64,000 nt of DNA from Octopus vulgaris. Taxonomy: Eukaryota. Under the pieces are notes generated by a model. It had not been told where the DNA came from. It made no database searches and saw nothing but the letters and a program-made list of their open reading frames with translations. The position numbers were made by a program, and so were the translations under genes. The stretch lies in the NCBI GenBank assembly GCA_951406725.2, contig OX597818.1:102300001-102364000 (forward strand), written 5' to 3'. Positions 42,311-55,800 of the stretch are shown piece by piece; position 1 is the first letter of the stretch, and each line of letters begins with the position of its first letter.

Positions 42311-42746
42311 ATTAGAAAAACCACAGTTTATCATTTCAAAATGAACAATTATATTACACCATCTACAAAATTACATATAATAGAAATATTAAAATTAAAA
42401 TAACAATAAAATACCGATGATTAAGTAAATTGCAAAAAAATAATAAAAACGTATATAATTGGTAAAATTGTTTCGTGGCTATATTCAAGAAATGATTATA
42501 GTAAAAAATAATTAGGTATTATATTAAATGATATTTAGTAAACTATATTATAGTGTGATATATTAAATATATAGATGCTACACATATATATGAATTATAT
42601 AGTTAGCTTATATAATGAGTTTGTCTATACTTCTTATTTTGATTACATTATTATTGACTTGTACTAGCATTGAGTATATTAATTAATTTCAAAGAATTGA
42701 ATAATTTACGTATTGTTTGTTATTGTTCACTTAATGTATATTTCGT

Positions 42747-42793
<47 letters not shown>

Positions 42794-43081
42794 AAGTATA
42801 TTTATCAATTAATTATTTAATTATTCTACTTTATTTTTAACCAGATGAGTAAGATCGAAGTGATTTTACTACTACTATTCATTTTTTTACTATAATCGTT
42901 TCTTAAATATTGCCACGAAGTACGTGTCGTTATTCTACCAATTATATACGCTTTTATTATTTTGTTTGCAATATACTTAATCATTGGTATTTTTTTGTTA
43001 TTTTAATTTTAATATTTCTGATATATGTACTTTTCTAGATGGTGTAATATAATTGTTCATTCTGAATTGATAAAAGGTGTT

Positions 43082-43090
<9 letters not shown>
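42310..43090. repeat. (TA)n-bounded ~200-bp diverged inverted repeat
   Basis: 42312-42510 is the reverse complement of about 42880-43090 (e.g. aatgaacaattatattacaccatcta / tagatggtgtaatataattgttcatt). Confidence 0.85.
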
Positions 43091-43135
<45 letters not shown>

Positions 43136-44514
43136 CACGATAGATATATTTCCTGATTTTGTAAATTTGGATGATATATATTCAAGTACGTCCATAGTGA
43201 ATACTTAAATGCATTTAAGCAATTACTTTGGAAGACATTATACAGAATACGCAAAGACAAAAGAGAATAATACACATACAACATATGATATTTTGAAACA
43301 TACGCAATAGATTACACATTTTGTGAAGTTTGTAGTCGATTTGGGTTCAGAACATAACTCCTCAACAAATATGTTCAGAGAATTTAGTGCTACAAGTGAG
43401 AATCCATTTTCCAAATTTTTCATGTGAAGATTAACAATGTTCCTTGTATAAAATGACGAAAAATCAAGTCCAATACAACTAATTAAGTTTCACTTGCTAC
43501 TCACTTGCTCTTGTATGACATATTTACTTGAAGTTGACTTGAATTCTATTATTGTCAAAGACACTACATCTTCTAGGTTTCCAATCATCATAAACTTGCT
43601 TTTTCGTTGCTATGGATTTTCTTTTTATTATTAACACTGTTGTTGCTGCTTATCAGAAATGCCACATTTATGAATACTTTATTTCAGGAGTGTGTAATTA
43701 GCATCATAAATTGAAGGATGCCATGTTAACTAATATTCAACTGCCAAAATGGAATTATTATATGATCAAGCGATCCCATTATTTAACACTTAACCAACAT
43801 ATATACAAGCATTTAAATCTGACTAGGCTATTCGTTGATGTATGACCTTTCTCTCAACTTACCTTACCATTTCCTATATCAGTAGAGTGTACCTTGTCAT
43901 AGGAATTCATGATCGACTACGTTCTACGTTCAAATATTAATATTTATACTAAGGTTACGAACTGTCGGTAAAACGTCAACATCGTGTGAAGTACTATTTG
44001 ACCTAATGGTATGGGTTGAGTGGTTTTACACACAGTACACTAATAATGAAAATGTAAATTAATAAACTAAATTGGCATATTGCGCTGATTTGTACAAGGC
44101 TCTAAATACAATGTAGCTGTGTCCATTAGGAACAATATTTCCGATTTTCTACTACTCCGACTTCCGATTCATATTGAATATCTTCATAGTTTTAATTAAC
44201 GCCATAGTTAATTTATTCAACAACATATGAAGTTAATGCTGACGCAGAATGGAGAACGACTGTGCATTTTTAATGCATTTCAGTATTTTACATATCAAGA
44301 CTATGAACCTAGGAGATCTACATAAATAGAATACCGTAGCATAATTCCTTAAAATGTTTAACAACCGACTGATTTTCAGGACTGATTAAATGTATCTTGC
44401 AGAAATTCCCAATTACGTATTACATAATTATTGCAATTCCGTATTCTTCGATTATATGAATAACATTTCTCCTACGTTATATAACGCCCATCTTTTATTC
44501 TATTTATATCTGAA

Positions 44515-44557
<43 letters not shown>

Positions 44558-45135
44558 CTAATACATCTGAGAGACGTTTAGAAATCACAAAATATTATCG
44601 GATTACTACAAAGATATACGTGTATGGATACGTCAGTTTTCAAGTTATAATGAATAAAATATATTTAAGCTCGTCATGGAAATCTCCTTGAGTTATAAAT
44701 AACGGAAAATTTCATTTCAATCATAAGGAAAGTATCTTCGAATTAGGGATCATTTTCTTATTAAATAATGTATTTTGTGATAATCTCTGCCTAAAGATCT
44801 ACATGTAGAATCATTTAGAGTATAAACCTCCTCATGCAGGCATGACATATGTAAAATACCAATGGCATTATAAACATTGCTAATTATTCGCTGATAACGA
44901 TCAACGATGAGGTCAAATGAAAAGTCGTGATAAATTGAATCTAAATAGCTGTAGCAGAATATTTATCGGCGTGCTTGCATGAGTAAAAAGGATAAATAAT
45001 GTGTGCTAGAGTGTAATTTCTTCCCGTAGAATCAATTGTTAGAGTTCCTGTTGCTTCAGAGATATAAGGTTAAATGTCACAGAAATGTTCGGATTTTTTA
45101 CACAACACGTGATATATATATGAGCTGGTTCGGAA

Positions 45136-45366
45136 GGCGGCGAGCTGGCAGAAACGTTAGCACGCCGGGCGAAATGCGTAGCCGTATTTCGTCTGTCGTT
45201 ACATTCCGAGTTCAAATTCCCCCGATGTCGACTTTGCGTTTCATCCTTTCGGGGTCGATAAATGAAGTACCAGTTAATCACTGGTGTCGATGTAATCGAT
45301 GTGATCCCTTTGATTCTCCTTGTTTGTCCCCTCTGTGTTTAGCCCATTGTGGGTAGTAAGGAAATA
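45136..45366 (+). mobile_element. SINE family A, monomer
   Basis: ggcggcgagctggcagaaacgttagcacgccgggcgaaatg head, B box, same tail as 13112. Confidence 0.9.
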
Positions 45367-45797
45367 TATATGCAGTAACAACAAACGTGCAAAACATATA
45401 CAGAAATACAAGACACAGACACACACATGCACTCACACGCACACAAACTCACAAGTACACACACATATTGCCTCACACACACACCACAAACACAAATATA
45501 AAGAAGAATAAAATAGGTTTCAGAGAATGCAGTGCAGATTTTAATTGTTATTGTAACCATGATATCCGGCCGATATATTGAGCATGCTTCCTTTAGATGC
45601 GTTTATTTGTGAAAATAGCGTTTACTTGTATAATGCTCATTATGCATATTGATACAAATATGCACGGGGAATTTTTTATACAGAAATTAATGAAGATAAC
45701 TAAATATATATATTATTGTCATGCCTCCAGATAATTTCTCCAAGTATCTATATATACAAACATACACACACATGCACATATATATATATATATACAT

Positions 45798-45867
<70 letters not shown>

Positions 45868-45877
45868 TTATATATAT

Positions 45878-46060
45878 CAACAATTGAGGGTAAAATTAAT
45901 TAATCAATTTCACCAAGTGTTCAGTATGTAAAAGGACCATTTAAGGCGAATTCAAAATATTACATTATATAATTAGGATTAGTAAAATAAATTACTTTGC
46001 TAAGTAGTATGTGGCAAAGTAATTTATTTTACTAAGCCCTAATTATATAATGTTATATTT
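45878..46060. mobile_element. (TA)n-bounded element ending in a ~40-bp hairpin
   Basis: Arms about 45962-46000 / 46014-46053; left terminus aacaattgagg shared with 41627. Confidence 0.75.
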
Positions 46061-46614
46061 ATATATATATATAGTCATACATACATACATACATACATAC
46101 ATACATACATACATACATACATACATACATACATACATACACAATGTGACTAGAGTGTTAGGAAATAACATATTGCTAGAAAGCTAGAAATAAGAGCTAA
46201 GTCGCTCTAATGCCGTAGTTAATGCAAGACTGAGAATATAGATACTAACAGGGAACATAACTATCCGAGAAATGTCATCGTGTATTCTTAATTCTGACGC
46301 GTAATTTCTGCAATGTCCCTATTAATGTATGTGTTTTCATTCGTGCGCGTTAATTAAGGCATTACAGCATTTTAGTTCTCATTTATAGCAATATAGGTGT
46401 TTCCTAACACGCCACTCACATTTATTTTCATTTTAATTCTCCTATTTGGTGGTACATTGCAAACTGTTCTTTATGTTAATTTTATATACACAGATTAACG
46501 AATCGCATTACTGTATAGATAGATAAATATGAAATCGAGGATTTCAAGACATAAATGAGCTGATCTTTGTGCAGAGCAGCTTTTGAAACGCCATTACAGA
46601 ACTGATAAATATGA

Positions 46615-47208
46615 TTAAAATTATGATTTTGGAGTGATCACTAGTGATGGTGACGTTATGCCTTCATTCATCTTCCCACACGGCTTGAGACTCAACACGA
46701 AGGCCTATTTCAAGTTCCTGGCGCACGTAGTATTGTCATGGGTGAATAAGGTTGTTGCTGGATGACACTATGTCTGGAAACAGGATTCTGCACCATGCGA
46801 CGGAAGCAAGAGAACTCAGTCATCGCTCTCAGACAATTTTTACGATTGCATCACCCCCGCATTTGGCCACATTATTCTCCTGACCGCAATCCTCTTGGTG
46901 AATAAGTGTGGGGCTCAGTTCAGCGAGATTACAACAAACATTCTTGTAACACCAAAAATGAAATGAAGGCAACGATTATGTCAACATTCACCAACTTAAA
47001 CAAAAAAGCCTACCAGAACAGCTGCAGGACTTTCAGACATTGTCTGAAGGCCGTGGATAGTCTAATGGAGATTTTTATTCAATATATATAGTCTTTAGTA
47101 TTTCACGATATTTTTATGTAAGTTTGGTAATTTTATCTGTTAAAATAAGATGTCGGTGGTATTTTCATTCTTTAGTAATTTCGACGAAAGTTTACGCACC
47201 GCACACTG
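46615..47208 (+). pseudogene. DD37D (maT-type) Tc1/mariner transposase 3' fragment with right end
   Basis: FGVITSDGDVMPSFIFPHGLRLNT...VWKQDSAPC...WPHYSPDRNPL(G)..VWG; 37 residues between second D and third catalytic position after frameshift repair; ends ...gcacactg-TA. Confidence 0.75.
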
Positions 47209-47396
47209 TACAATCATGCACACACACACATACACACACACACACGCCCATATAGCGGAAGCAAAGTAGAGTCTGAACGGCAAACAATTTTATCATATGA
47301 TTCTTATCAAATCTTGTGAAGAATTTGCCACATTTCACTCTCTGGCCTTGATTTGTTCTTCTCCTTTTGCCAAATATCGATAAATAAATATGTAAG

Positions 47397-47913
47397 TAGG
47401 AAGTCTGATAAGTAAGTATCAGTTTTGTTGCCATAGTCACGAAGCTAATGTAGGCAGAGTTAAGCCGCTTGGGACTGATTGACCCATGTATACAGCTATG
47501 GATGCTCATTAAGTTTCATTGTACCAGCTCACTTCCGTTGTTTACATCATTGCTTGGAACGAAGGTGTGTAGCGTGTGATCGTCGTATTGATCATGACGA
47601 AGTGGTCATGGATGTACCTGCTCAGAGACCTATGCACATTTGCAGATGGTGTATGAAGAAGTAGGTATGATATTCACACAAATGTACGCGCGGTTCAGAC
47701 GTTTCCAGTATGGCTTTCAGCAAAATTGGGGGCGGATTCTACGTTCTATCTTCTCTTTGGTCATGGTAAAATTGACAATCACACGCTACACATCTTCCTT
47801 CCCAGTGAACTAGAACGTTATAAGTGATGAACGTCAAGCGGCTTTACTCTGCGAGCTTTTCGTTCATTACTATGATAACAGACTGTATACTTATTGATCA
47901 AACCAGGCATGTA
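47397..47913. mobile_element. Fold-back mariner derivative made of two inverted left ends
   Basis: Left arm (+) encodes TCSETYAHLQMVYEE..MIFTQMYARFRRFQYG; right arm (-) repeats the terminus, aagccgcttg, gtgtagcgtgtgat and MTKEKIERRI.. start. Confidence 0.7.
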
Positions 47914-47959
47914 AGTCGGTATAGATACATAGAAAATTACACACACACACACACGCATA

Positions 47960-48029
<70 letters not shown>

Positions 48030-48920
48030 TATATATATATATATATATAAATACATATGGGTGTGAGTGTGTCTGTGTGTCTGTAGAGTGTGTTTTGTTC
48101 TGTTCGTATTTACGACGCTGAATGTGTAATGATATTTTTTTCTATATTCAATCTTCGTTTCATATATAAATCAGTTTCCATTTTGGGTGTTTAATGAAAT
48201 ATAAACAAGTTATTCATAGACTCATGAAGCCATAAAGACTTTCAGAAATTTCAGCACACATAATTATGTGTGTAACCTTTACCTTTATGTAAATATAGCA
48301 TTCGATATGCTGTCAACGACAACAGAGTTAGTGCTGTTGCTATATTTTTTCGTCTTATGCCGAATGAAAATATTTCCTTTTGTATACTTTTCATTCTAAT
48401 ATGAAGCTATATTTCTACATTTTGAATCTCTTTGCCTCAGGCTGCACTTTAAAACTGCAAATATATAGCATCAATTCTTGTAAAATCCGATGTTCAAGTT
48501 AACACTTTTAATAAAATATACAACATTCGGCAATTTAAGTACTATCCACTTACGGAGTGGCTGTGCACGTGAATACCAAATATGGTTTCAACCATGGTTC
48601 TCGTAATATTTCTTGTCAGTTCTGTTATTTCTCTTATCGTATATATTCATTTGTAAGCTTAAAGCATTTAGAATATTACTGAGTTGTAATGTTGTCGGAA
48701 ATAAATATTGGAAACTAATTTCATGCACAGTACTTTCTATGATAGATGTAATTCTATACACAATTCTCAACTATGGTAGTGTAAATAAGCTGATGAGTAT
48801 GCATATATCCATTTAAAAAAGATGAGGTCATACATACATACATACATACATACATACATACATACATACATACATACATACATACATACATACATACTTA
48901 TATATGTACATATACATGCA

Positions 48921-49300
48921 CTGTTCTCCATCTTCCTTGCAGCATTTTGGGAAGTTGCTGGAAGTGAGCTGGAAAAGCGATTTCCATCTGGATGCAGTAT
49001 GATACTGATCTCTTCAACACTGCAGTGTATAAAGCAAAGATATGCACTACAAAGTCCCTAGTGCCAGAGATGTTGTTCGCTGATGATAGTGTGATGGTTG
49101 ACCATAGCGCTGAAGATATGAAAACAATGTAGACGACTTTGCCAGTGCTGTACAGCATTCCATCCTAAATATTCATAGCAGAAAAGCCGAATGCCTTTGC
49201 CAAACACTAGAGAACATATGTGCGCTCTAACAGAAGAAAAAATCACTACTAGATCTGTTAAGCCGACACTATGTAAACATTCAAATACCTAGTCAGAATG
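48921..49300 (+). pseudogene. RTE-clade LINE reverse-transcriptase fragment
   Basis: LFSIFLAAF...DLFNTAVYKAK..TKSLVPEMLFADDSVMVDHSAEDM...FASA...KAECLCQ (FADD catalytic motif, RTE-type context), frameshifted. Confidence 0.8.
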
Positions 49301-50759
49301 TGTGCTTCATTTTGCAGGCTGCAGGAGAGGCAGTGGAAATTATGTATAAAATAAATGTATGGCGTGTCTCGTAGCTGTAGGTCTCTGCACCTGTTATGAT
49401 TATAATGCAATACATGTAAATATTTGTCTTTCTTTATGGATTGATAATGAAATTGTTCGTAAAAATAACGCCTTTTTAAACACCGGCAATTTAGTTGAGT
49501 TTAGCCTTCAAAAGGTTGTTCTGTTTCATGAGGAAGGATGAGCATATTTGTAGTCACCTGAAGAAGCATAACTAAATGCAGCAGAAAATTTTCATTGTTA
49601 GCCAACTGTTTTTCTTTTCAATCTGAATGTTGATTAACGGCAAATTACACAACCTGGCCTATGCTTCATACATGAATTCCACAATTTTACGACAGTTAAT
49701 TCATCACCCTCTATATAAAAGTCCACACGTCCACATTTTCTGAATAATATTCTTCCAAAATTGAATTATTTTAATGGATAGAATATTCACATTTTCTTCT
49801 TTCTTTTTTAAGTAAGATATTTATGTTCATTTATAATATTCAACTAATTTTGTTTTAATGACGAATAATCTAACAGATAGTTACTAGAACATGTTTACAT
49901 CGGGTTGATTTATTGAATTAAAGATAGTAATTTTAGTTTTTTATTGATTTAATTATTGTGAATTTTTAAAAGTGCTATTTCAAGTATGAGTGCCAAAATT
50001 AAATTGCTAAATAAATATAATTTATAATGGTATGGATATTAATAATTACATTTAAAGTACACTAAAAATGACTCATTATATAGCTATATTAGAGCCGTTG
50101 AATTTTTGTTGCGATACAGCGCGTATTATATGGAAACACGAATATATACAATTGCATGAACTGTCGGAATTTTTCTCTGAAAACTTTCTGCTCAAACTAT
50201 TATTTGTAATAGGCTCGTCATGTAACCTTCGTCTGAATGCATAACCGATATTCGTATTAGTCAATGAGAGAAGAACATTTTAGTACAGTTCTCACGTACG
50301 ATCTAGGAAAGAGACAAAGCGAATTCATTTAAAATCATAATGCCCAGATTAAAAAAAAACATACTGCACAAATTTAAAATATGGAAATATATATTTAATA
50401 AATAGAGGTGAGAGGCAACGAAAAGATGAGGTGATCACTACTAAAATTATTTGAATGTCTATCAGTTGGAAATTAGATGAGCCAGAAGTGAAAAATACGT
50501 ATACACCCGTGCACAAATTCGTATATGTATGTGTCTATGTAGGTAGGTATGCATGCTTGCATGTATGTATGAATGCAAGTATGTAAGCATGTGTGTATGC
50601 ATGTGTGTCTAAGTATGTATGCATACATGTAGGCATGTATGTACGTGTATGTATGTATGTATGTTTAAGTATGAAATTTGTAGTAAGGAATATGGTAAAA
50701 TTTGACAGCCGCTCATTTTGCGCCATTATATTTGACAATCTTTATTTTGGGGTAGAAAA

Positions 50760-51125
50760 ACGGTCGAAGGAGATAATGACGAAATGAAAGCCACCGTCGA
50801 GTCACATCCATCACAAAGTGCCCGTGAATTATGGTTGTTGTTAGGTGATATCAAGCAAACAATATTGACTCATCTAGTTCTAATCGGTAAAGTGAGAAAT
50901 TTGGATACGTGGGTTCTACATGAACTTAATGACAATCAGAAACAGCAACGTTATGAAACCTGCATTACGCTACTTTCTCGTCACAAAAATGAATCATTTT
51001 TGAATCGAACTGTAATATGCGAAGAGAAATGCATCCAATACAACAACCGTAAATGTTCAGCACAATGGCTGTACAAAGACGAGTTACCAATAAATAGTCC
51101 AAAAAGCAAAATTCATCAAAAGAAC
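50760..51125 (+). pseudogene. Mariner transposase internal fragment
   Basis: SQSARELW..GKVRNLDTWVLHEL (WVPHEL motif)...FLNRTVICEEKCIQYNN (first catalytic D region, degenerate). Confidence 0.85.
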
Positions 51126-51238
51126 ATATATATATATATATATTACGTGTGTATTTACAGATATGTCCATGAATAATTCTTTCTTACTTTCTCTCTCTAT
51201 ATATTTATGTATACACATATACATATATTTATATTTTA

Positions 51239-51280
<42 letters not shown>

Positions 51281-51922
51281 CATACACACACATACATATA
51301 CACATATATAAACATACATACACGCATACATACATACATACATATATAAAACATACATATATAACTAAATGCATGCCTATAAATGCATATATGTCACCAA
51401 CTGAAATCTCTCTAACATGAAAATAGAAAAGGCTTCACGGATATCAAGCCATGTAACTGATCATTATTGTTATTATGTTTTCTGATATTGGCCAATTCGT
51501 ATACCTATCAGTAAATAAAATATCAGCAGGTTTGAGTAAATGCTTATTCAGCCATCAAGCGACTAAAAGAAATCTATGCATGCTTCATTAATAGTAAGTA
51601 AATAAAAATGTATGTACTAAATTCTAAAGAATACGCAAAACCGCCAAATCTACGATGGCTTCTCAGTGAATATGAGAGCTTAACAAAAGTACTTTCAGAT
51701 TAAGATCAATAAAAAAAAATTAATAAATAAATAATTAAATACAGATAAAATATAGGCAACATATTCACATATAATCTCTTCAGAGAATTATCAACTCGTC
51801 CAAGACATTTAGTAAAGTAGACACACAATAGAAACATATACATGTATATAAATACATAGGCTCATGGATAGATAGACATTCATACACTCATATACACACG
51901 CATATATACATTATTTTTTTTC

Positions 51923-52119
51923 TCTCTTTTAGTCTTTTTAGTCACTGTGGCCATGCTGGAGCACCGCCTTTAGTCGAGCAAATCGACCGCAGGAGTTATT
52001 TTTTGTAAGCCTAGTACTTATATTGTTTTGCTGAACCGCTAGGCTCCAGGCAGGTAAACACACCAGCATCGGTTGTCAAGGGATATTGGTGGGACAAACA
52101 CAGACACACAAATACACAG

Positions 52120-52187
<68 letters not shown>

Positions 52188-52277
52188 GTCCTTGCCGAAG
52201 GTGTCACGCAGTGGGACTGAACGCGGAACCATGTGGTTGGTAAGAAAGCTACTTACCACACAGCCACGCCTGCATCT
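51923..52277 (-). mobile_element. SINE family C with internal deletion
   Basis: gctggagcaccgcctttagtcgagc...acaccagcatcggttgtcaag...(CA)n(TA)n...aaccatgtggttggtaag. Confidence 0.85.
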
Positions 52278-53187
52278 ATATACATACATATATATATATA
52301 TATAACATTTTAAAGCAATATATATTTAGATTTAATTCGCATGCGAGGAAGAGATTTCAGATCGCCATACATTTGCCTGATTTACATTATACAAGATATT
52401 ACATTCCACGTAAGACTAGTCATATCTGACGCGATATTCATTTCAGTGCAAACATGCATAATACACAAATGTCAAGGAAAAACAATTTATCTTTCGCAAT
52501 TATTCATTATCCATCACCGGAAGCTCTCTATTAGGGAACTTAGGTAGCGGTCTCAAAGTGACGAAACTATTTTGACAAATTAAATTTAAATGTTGAAATG
52601 AATCTAACGGTTTTTTTGTGTTTCTTAAATGGCTTATAAACACTTCCACGCTGCAATTGTTTTCGTTCCGGCACACGATGTCAGATCAAGTCACTTGCTA
52701 TGCAAGTACATCTCCGTAAACATTGAATATTTGACATAAAAACTTTCGCCACCACCAATTCCCACCTGGTCACTGATATGATTGTAGTGCAACTGCAGCA
52801 CGCAATCGGTCCTTTTAACCTTTCATTCTCCCCATGCATACTAGTTATTATTAACTCCAATTCTGTGCCTAACACAGGGGATAGCTCTACTTGATTAATA
52901 GATTCGTTAAAAACTTCATATATGAACACCGTTAGTCATGCAAATTGAAATATCATACAACTAGTTTCAAAGCCATATTTGTATTATTTAATTTCTGTGT
53001 CTGAAGAATTTCTGATAGGAATTTTCTTACATATCTATTTATCATTTTAAACTCTGTAATTCCTACCAGCGAATGAAACGTGTGTAATGATAAAAATTAT
53101 TAGCAAGAAGATGTTTAGCTTCGTGTTGGGGTATATAATAATTCTGGAAACAGTATTTCCTAAATTATCAACTTTAACTTAATTTGT

Positions 53188-53572
53188 GGAAGCACTCCGT
53201 CGGTTACGACGACGAGGGTTCCGGTTGATCCGATCAACGGAACAGCCTGCTCGTGAAATTAACGTGTAAGTGGCTGAGCACTCCACAAACACGTGCACCC
53301 TTAACGTAGTTCTCGGGGATATTCAGCGTGACACAGAGAGTGACAAGGCCGGCCCTTTGAAATACAGGTACAACAGAAACAGGAAGTAAGAGTGAGAGAA
53401 AGTTGTGGTGAAAGAGTACAGCAGGGATCACCACCATCCCCTGCCGGAGCATCGTGGAGCTTTAGGTGTTTTCGCTCAATAAACACTCACTACGCCCGGT
53501 CTGGGAATCGAAACCGCGATCCTACGACCGCGAGTCCGCTGCCCTGACCACTGGGCCATTGCGCCTCCAGAT
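53188..53572 (-). mobile_element. SINE family B, full length, 10-bp TSD
   Basis: Reverse complement of 30638-31024; TSD cttaatttgt at 53178-53187 and 53573-53582. Confidence 0.92.
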
Positions 53573-53689
53573 CTTAATTTGTATCTATACAACGACAAGC
53601 ACAACAAAAAACTAGATTGTAATAATGGATTAACCGGATATGCTTCAAGAGAAAACAGATGGGAGTTTTCCCTAACTACCTACTGAACA

Positions 53690-54695
53690 ATAATATCGTT
53701 AAAGTCCTGAAATTGTTGGGTTATTTTGGACGACAGCTGACGAGGAATTAGCAACGTCTTGCTCTATCTGTGAATTTTCCCCCTGTTCCTTTGTTGCGTT
53801 TGGGATCTAAATTAGGAACTTGTTTAATGTAACGCTACATGCGCTTCTAATTTGTTTCTCATTCTGTTGAATACTTTTTGCGCAAGTCTACTTCGACCAA
53901 TCTTTCTCTCTCTCCCTCTTTCTCTTCCCCTCTCGTTCTTTCCCTCACCCGCTCTTTCGTCTTTCACGCTTCCTCTCCTTCCCTCTCTCCACCACTTTCC
54001 TCTCTATGGGTTTCTTTTTCTCTGCCCCTATCACTCTTTCTCTCTTTTCTTACGGCCATGTAACCCGTATACACCCACACCTGTAGTCTCCATTACCTTT
54101 TTTTCTTCTGCTCAATGATGCGATATGTTGTTTTCTGTCGTCTAATCTACTTTCAACACACTTTGTTTTGTCTGTTTTTCTTTCTTGTTCTTTCGTTTCT
54201 ATTCCTAAAAGACAGTTTCCTAGCGTTATCCATCTTTTAATCTTTTATCCAAATATTTCTCTCGTTTTGTTTGTATAATATATTGTTAACGTCAGCACGC
54301 CGGACAAAATGCTTAGCGGTCTTTCCTCTATATTTATGTTCTGACTTTGCCTTTCATCTTTTCAGGGTTGATACATTAAATACCAGCTGCGTACTGGGAT
54401 CGATCTAATCGACTGAAACCCTCCTCAAAACTTTTGGGGGGTTGCGCCTACAGTAGAAAAGAGTATATATGATATTATGATATTTGTTCACATTACTTCG
54501 TGTTAGTTTTTTTCACTGTCCCCAGTTCGGCCGCTACTCCCAGCAGCTTCTCTCTGCTTCTTACACCTCGTGAATTGACAAAAATTATCGTATTAAGTTC
54601 GAAATTTTAAGGCTTTATAGGACAATAGCTGACAGCGAATTTGCAACGTCACACACTGTGTGTTAATTTTCCGTTTCTTCCTTTGCTGCATTTCT
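53690..54695 (+). mobile_element. Element bounded by diverged ~110-bp direct repeats, with CT-rich interior
   Basis: tatcgt..aagt.c.gaaatt...ggac.a.agctgac...gaatt.gcaacgtc...aattttcc at about 53692-53795 and 54585-54695. Confidence 0.5.
54288..54466 (+). mobile_element. SINE family A variant, nested in the direct-repeat element
   Basis: cagcacgccggacaaaatgcttagcggt...gactttgcctttcatc...gatcgatctaatcgact. Confidence 0.7.
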
Positions 54696-54831
54696 GTTGA
54701 AATATGTATGTATGTATGAATGTATGTATGCAAGGATGCATGTATGTATGCATGTACGCATGCATGTATGTATGAATGTATGTATGTATCTATTTATATA
54801 TCTATTTCTCCTCTCTCTCTATAAATATACA

Positions 54832-54894
<63 letters not shown>

Positions 54895-55006
54895 TTAGAG
54901 ACAAAACCACTATTAGGCAAATCAAACAATGAAAGACTTAAGCCAATACATAAATTAATTTATATTATTTAAATATGTAACAATTATTAAAAAATATAAT
55001 TAATAT

Positions 55007-55069
55007 CCACTACGATCGTTTCCTGTCTGCTGTCATCAAATTTTTGAGTCGCAGTCATTCATCAGGTGG
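55007..55069 (-). ncRNA. Mirror hammerhead motif in the left arm
   Basis: Minus strand: ccac-CTGATGA-...-GAAA-cgatcg-TA-gtgg with perfect 4-bp stem I. Confidence 0.7.
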
Positions 55070-55127
55070 TTTCAAAATGCTTCTTGGCGAGTTTTAAACA
55101 ATGAACTCGCCAAGAAAGATTTTGAAA

Positions 55128-55190
55128 CCGCCTGATGAATGACTGCGACTCAAAAATTTGATGACAGCAGACAGGAAACGATCGTAGTGG
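55128..55190 (+). ncRNA. Minimal type I hammerhead ribozyme motif (Penelope-type)
   Basis: ccgc-CTGATGA-[stem II ..ctgc..tcaaa/tttga..gcag..]-GAAA-cgatcg-TA-gtgg; palindromic stem III, GUA triplet at 55184-55186; stem II closing pair mismatched. Confidence 0.7.
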
Positions 55191-55396
55191 ATATTAATTA
55201 TATTTTTTAATAATTGTTACATATTTAAATAATATAAATTAATTTATGTATTGGCTTAAGTCTTTCATCGTTTGATTTGCCTAATAGTGGTTTTGTCTCT
55301 AATTTACTATAATATAATATTTTACTATAAAATTGGATTCAATCCTAAATCTGATTTTTCCCTATAAGTTTGGATTTATTCCTTAATATTTATTAT

Positions 55397-55450
<54 letters not shown>

Positions 55451-55504
55451 ATACATATACATATAAAAATATGTATATGTATATGTATATGCATATATAT
55501 ATAC

Positions 55505-55553
<49 letters not shown>

Positions 55554-55555
<2 letters not shown>

Positions 55556-55765
55556 CTCTTACTCGTTTACTCTTTTACTTGTTTCAGTCATTTGACTAGA
55601 GCACCGCCTTTAGTCGAGCAAATCAACCCCGGGACTTATTCTTTGTAAGCCCAGTACTTATTCTATCGGTCTCTTTTGCCGAACCGCTATGCGACGGGGA
55701 TGTAAACACACCAGCATCGGTTGTCAAGCAATGCTAGGGGGACAAACACAGACCTACAAACACAT

Positions 55766-55800
<35 letters not shown>

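Larger units (their letters stand above)
54891..55306. repeat. Near-perfect palindrome, 203-bp arms, 10-nt loop
   Basis: 54891-55093 is the reverse complement of 55104-55306 with about 4 mismatches by eye. Confidence 0.95.
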
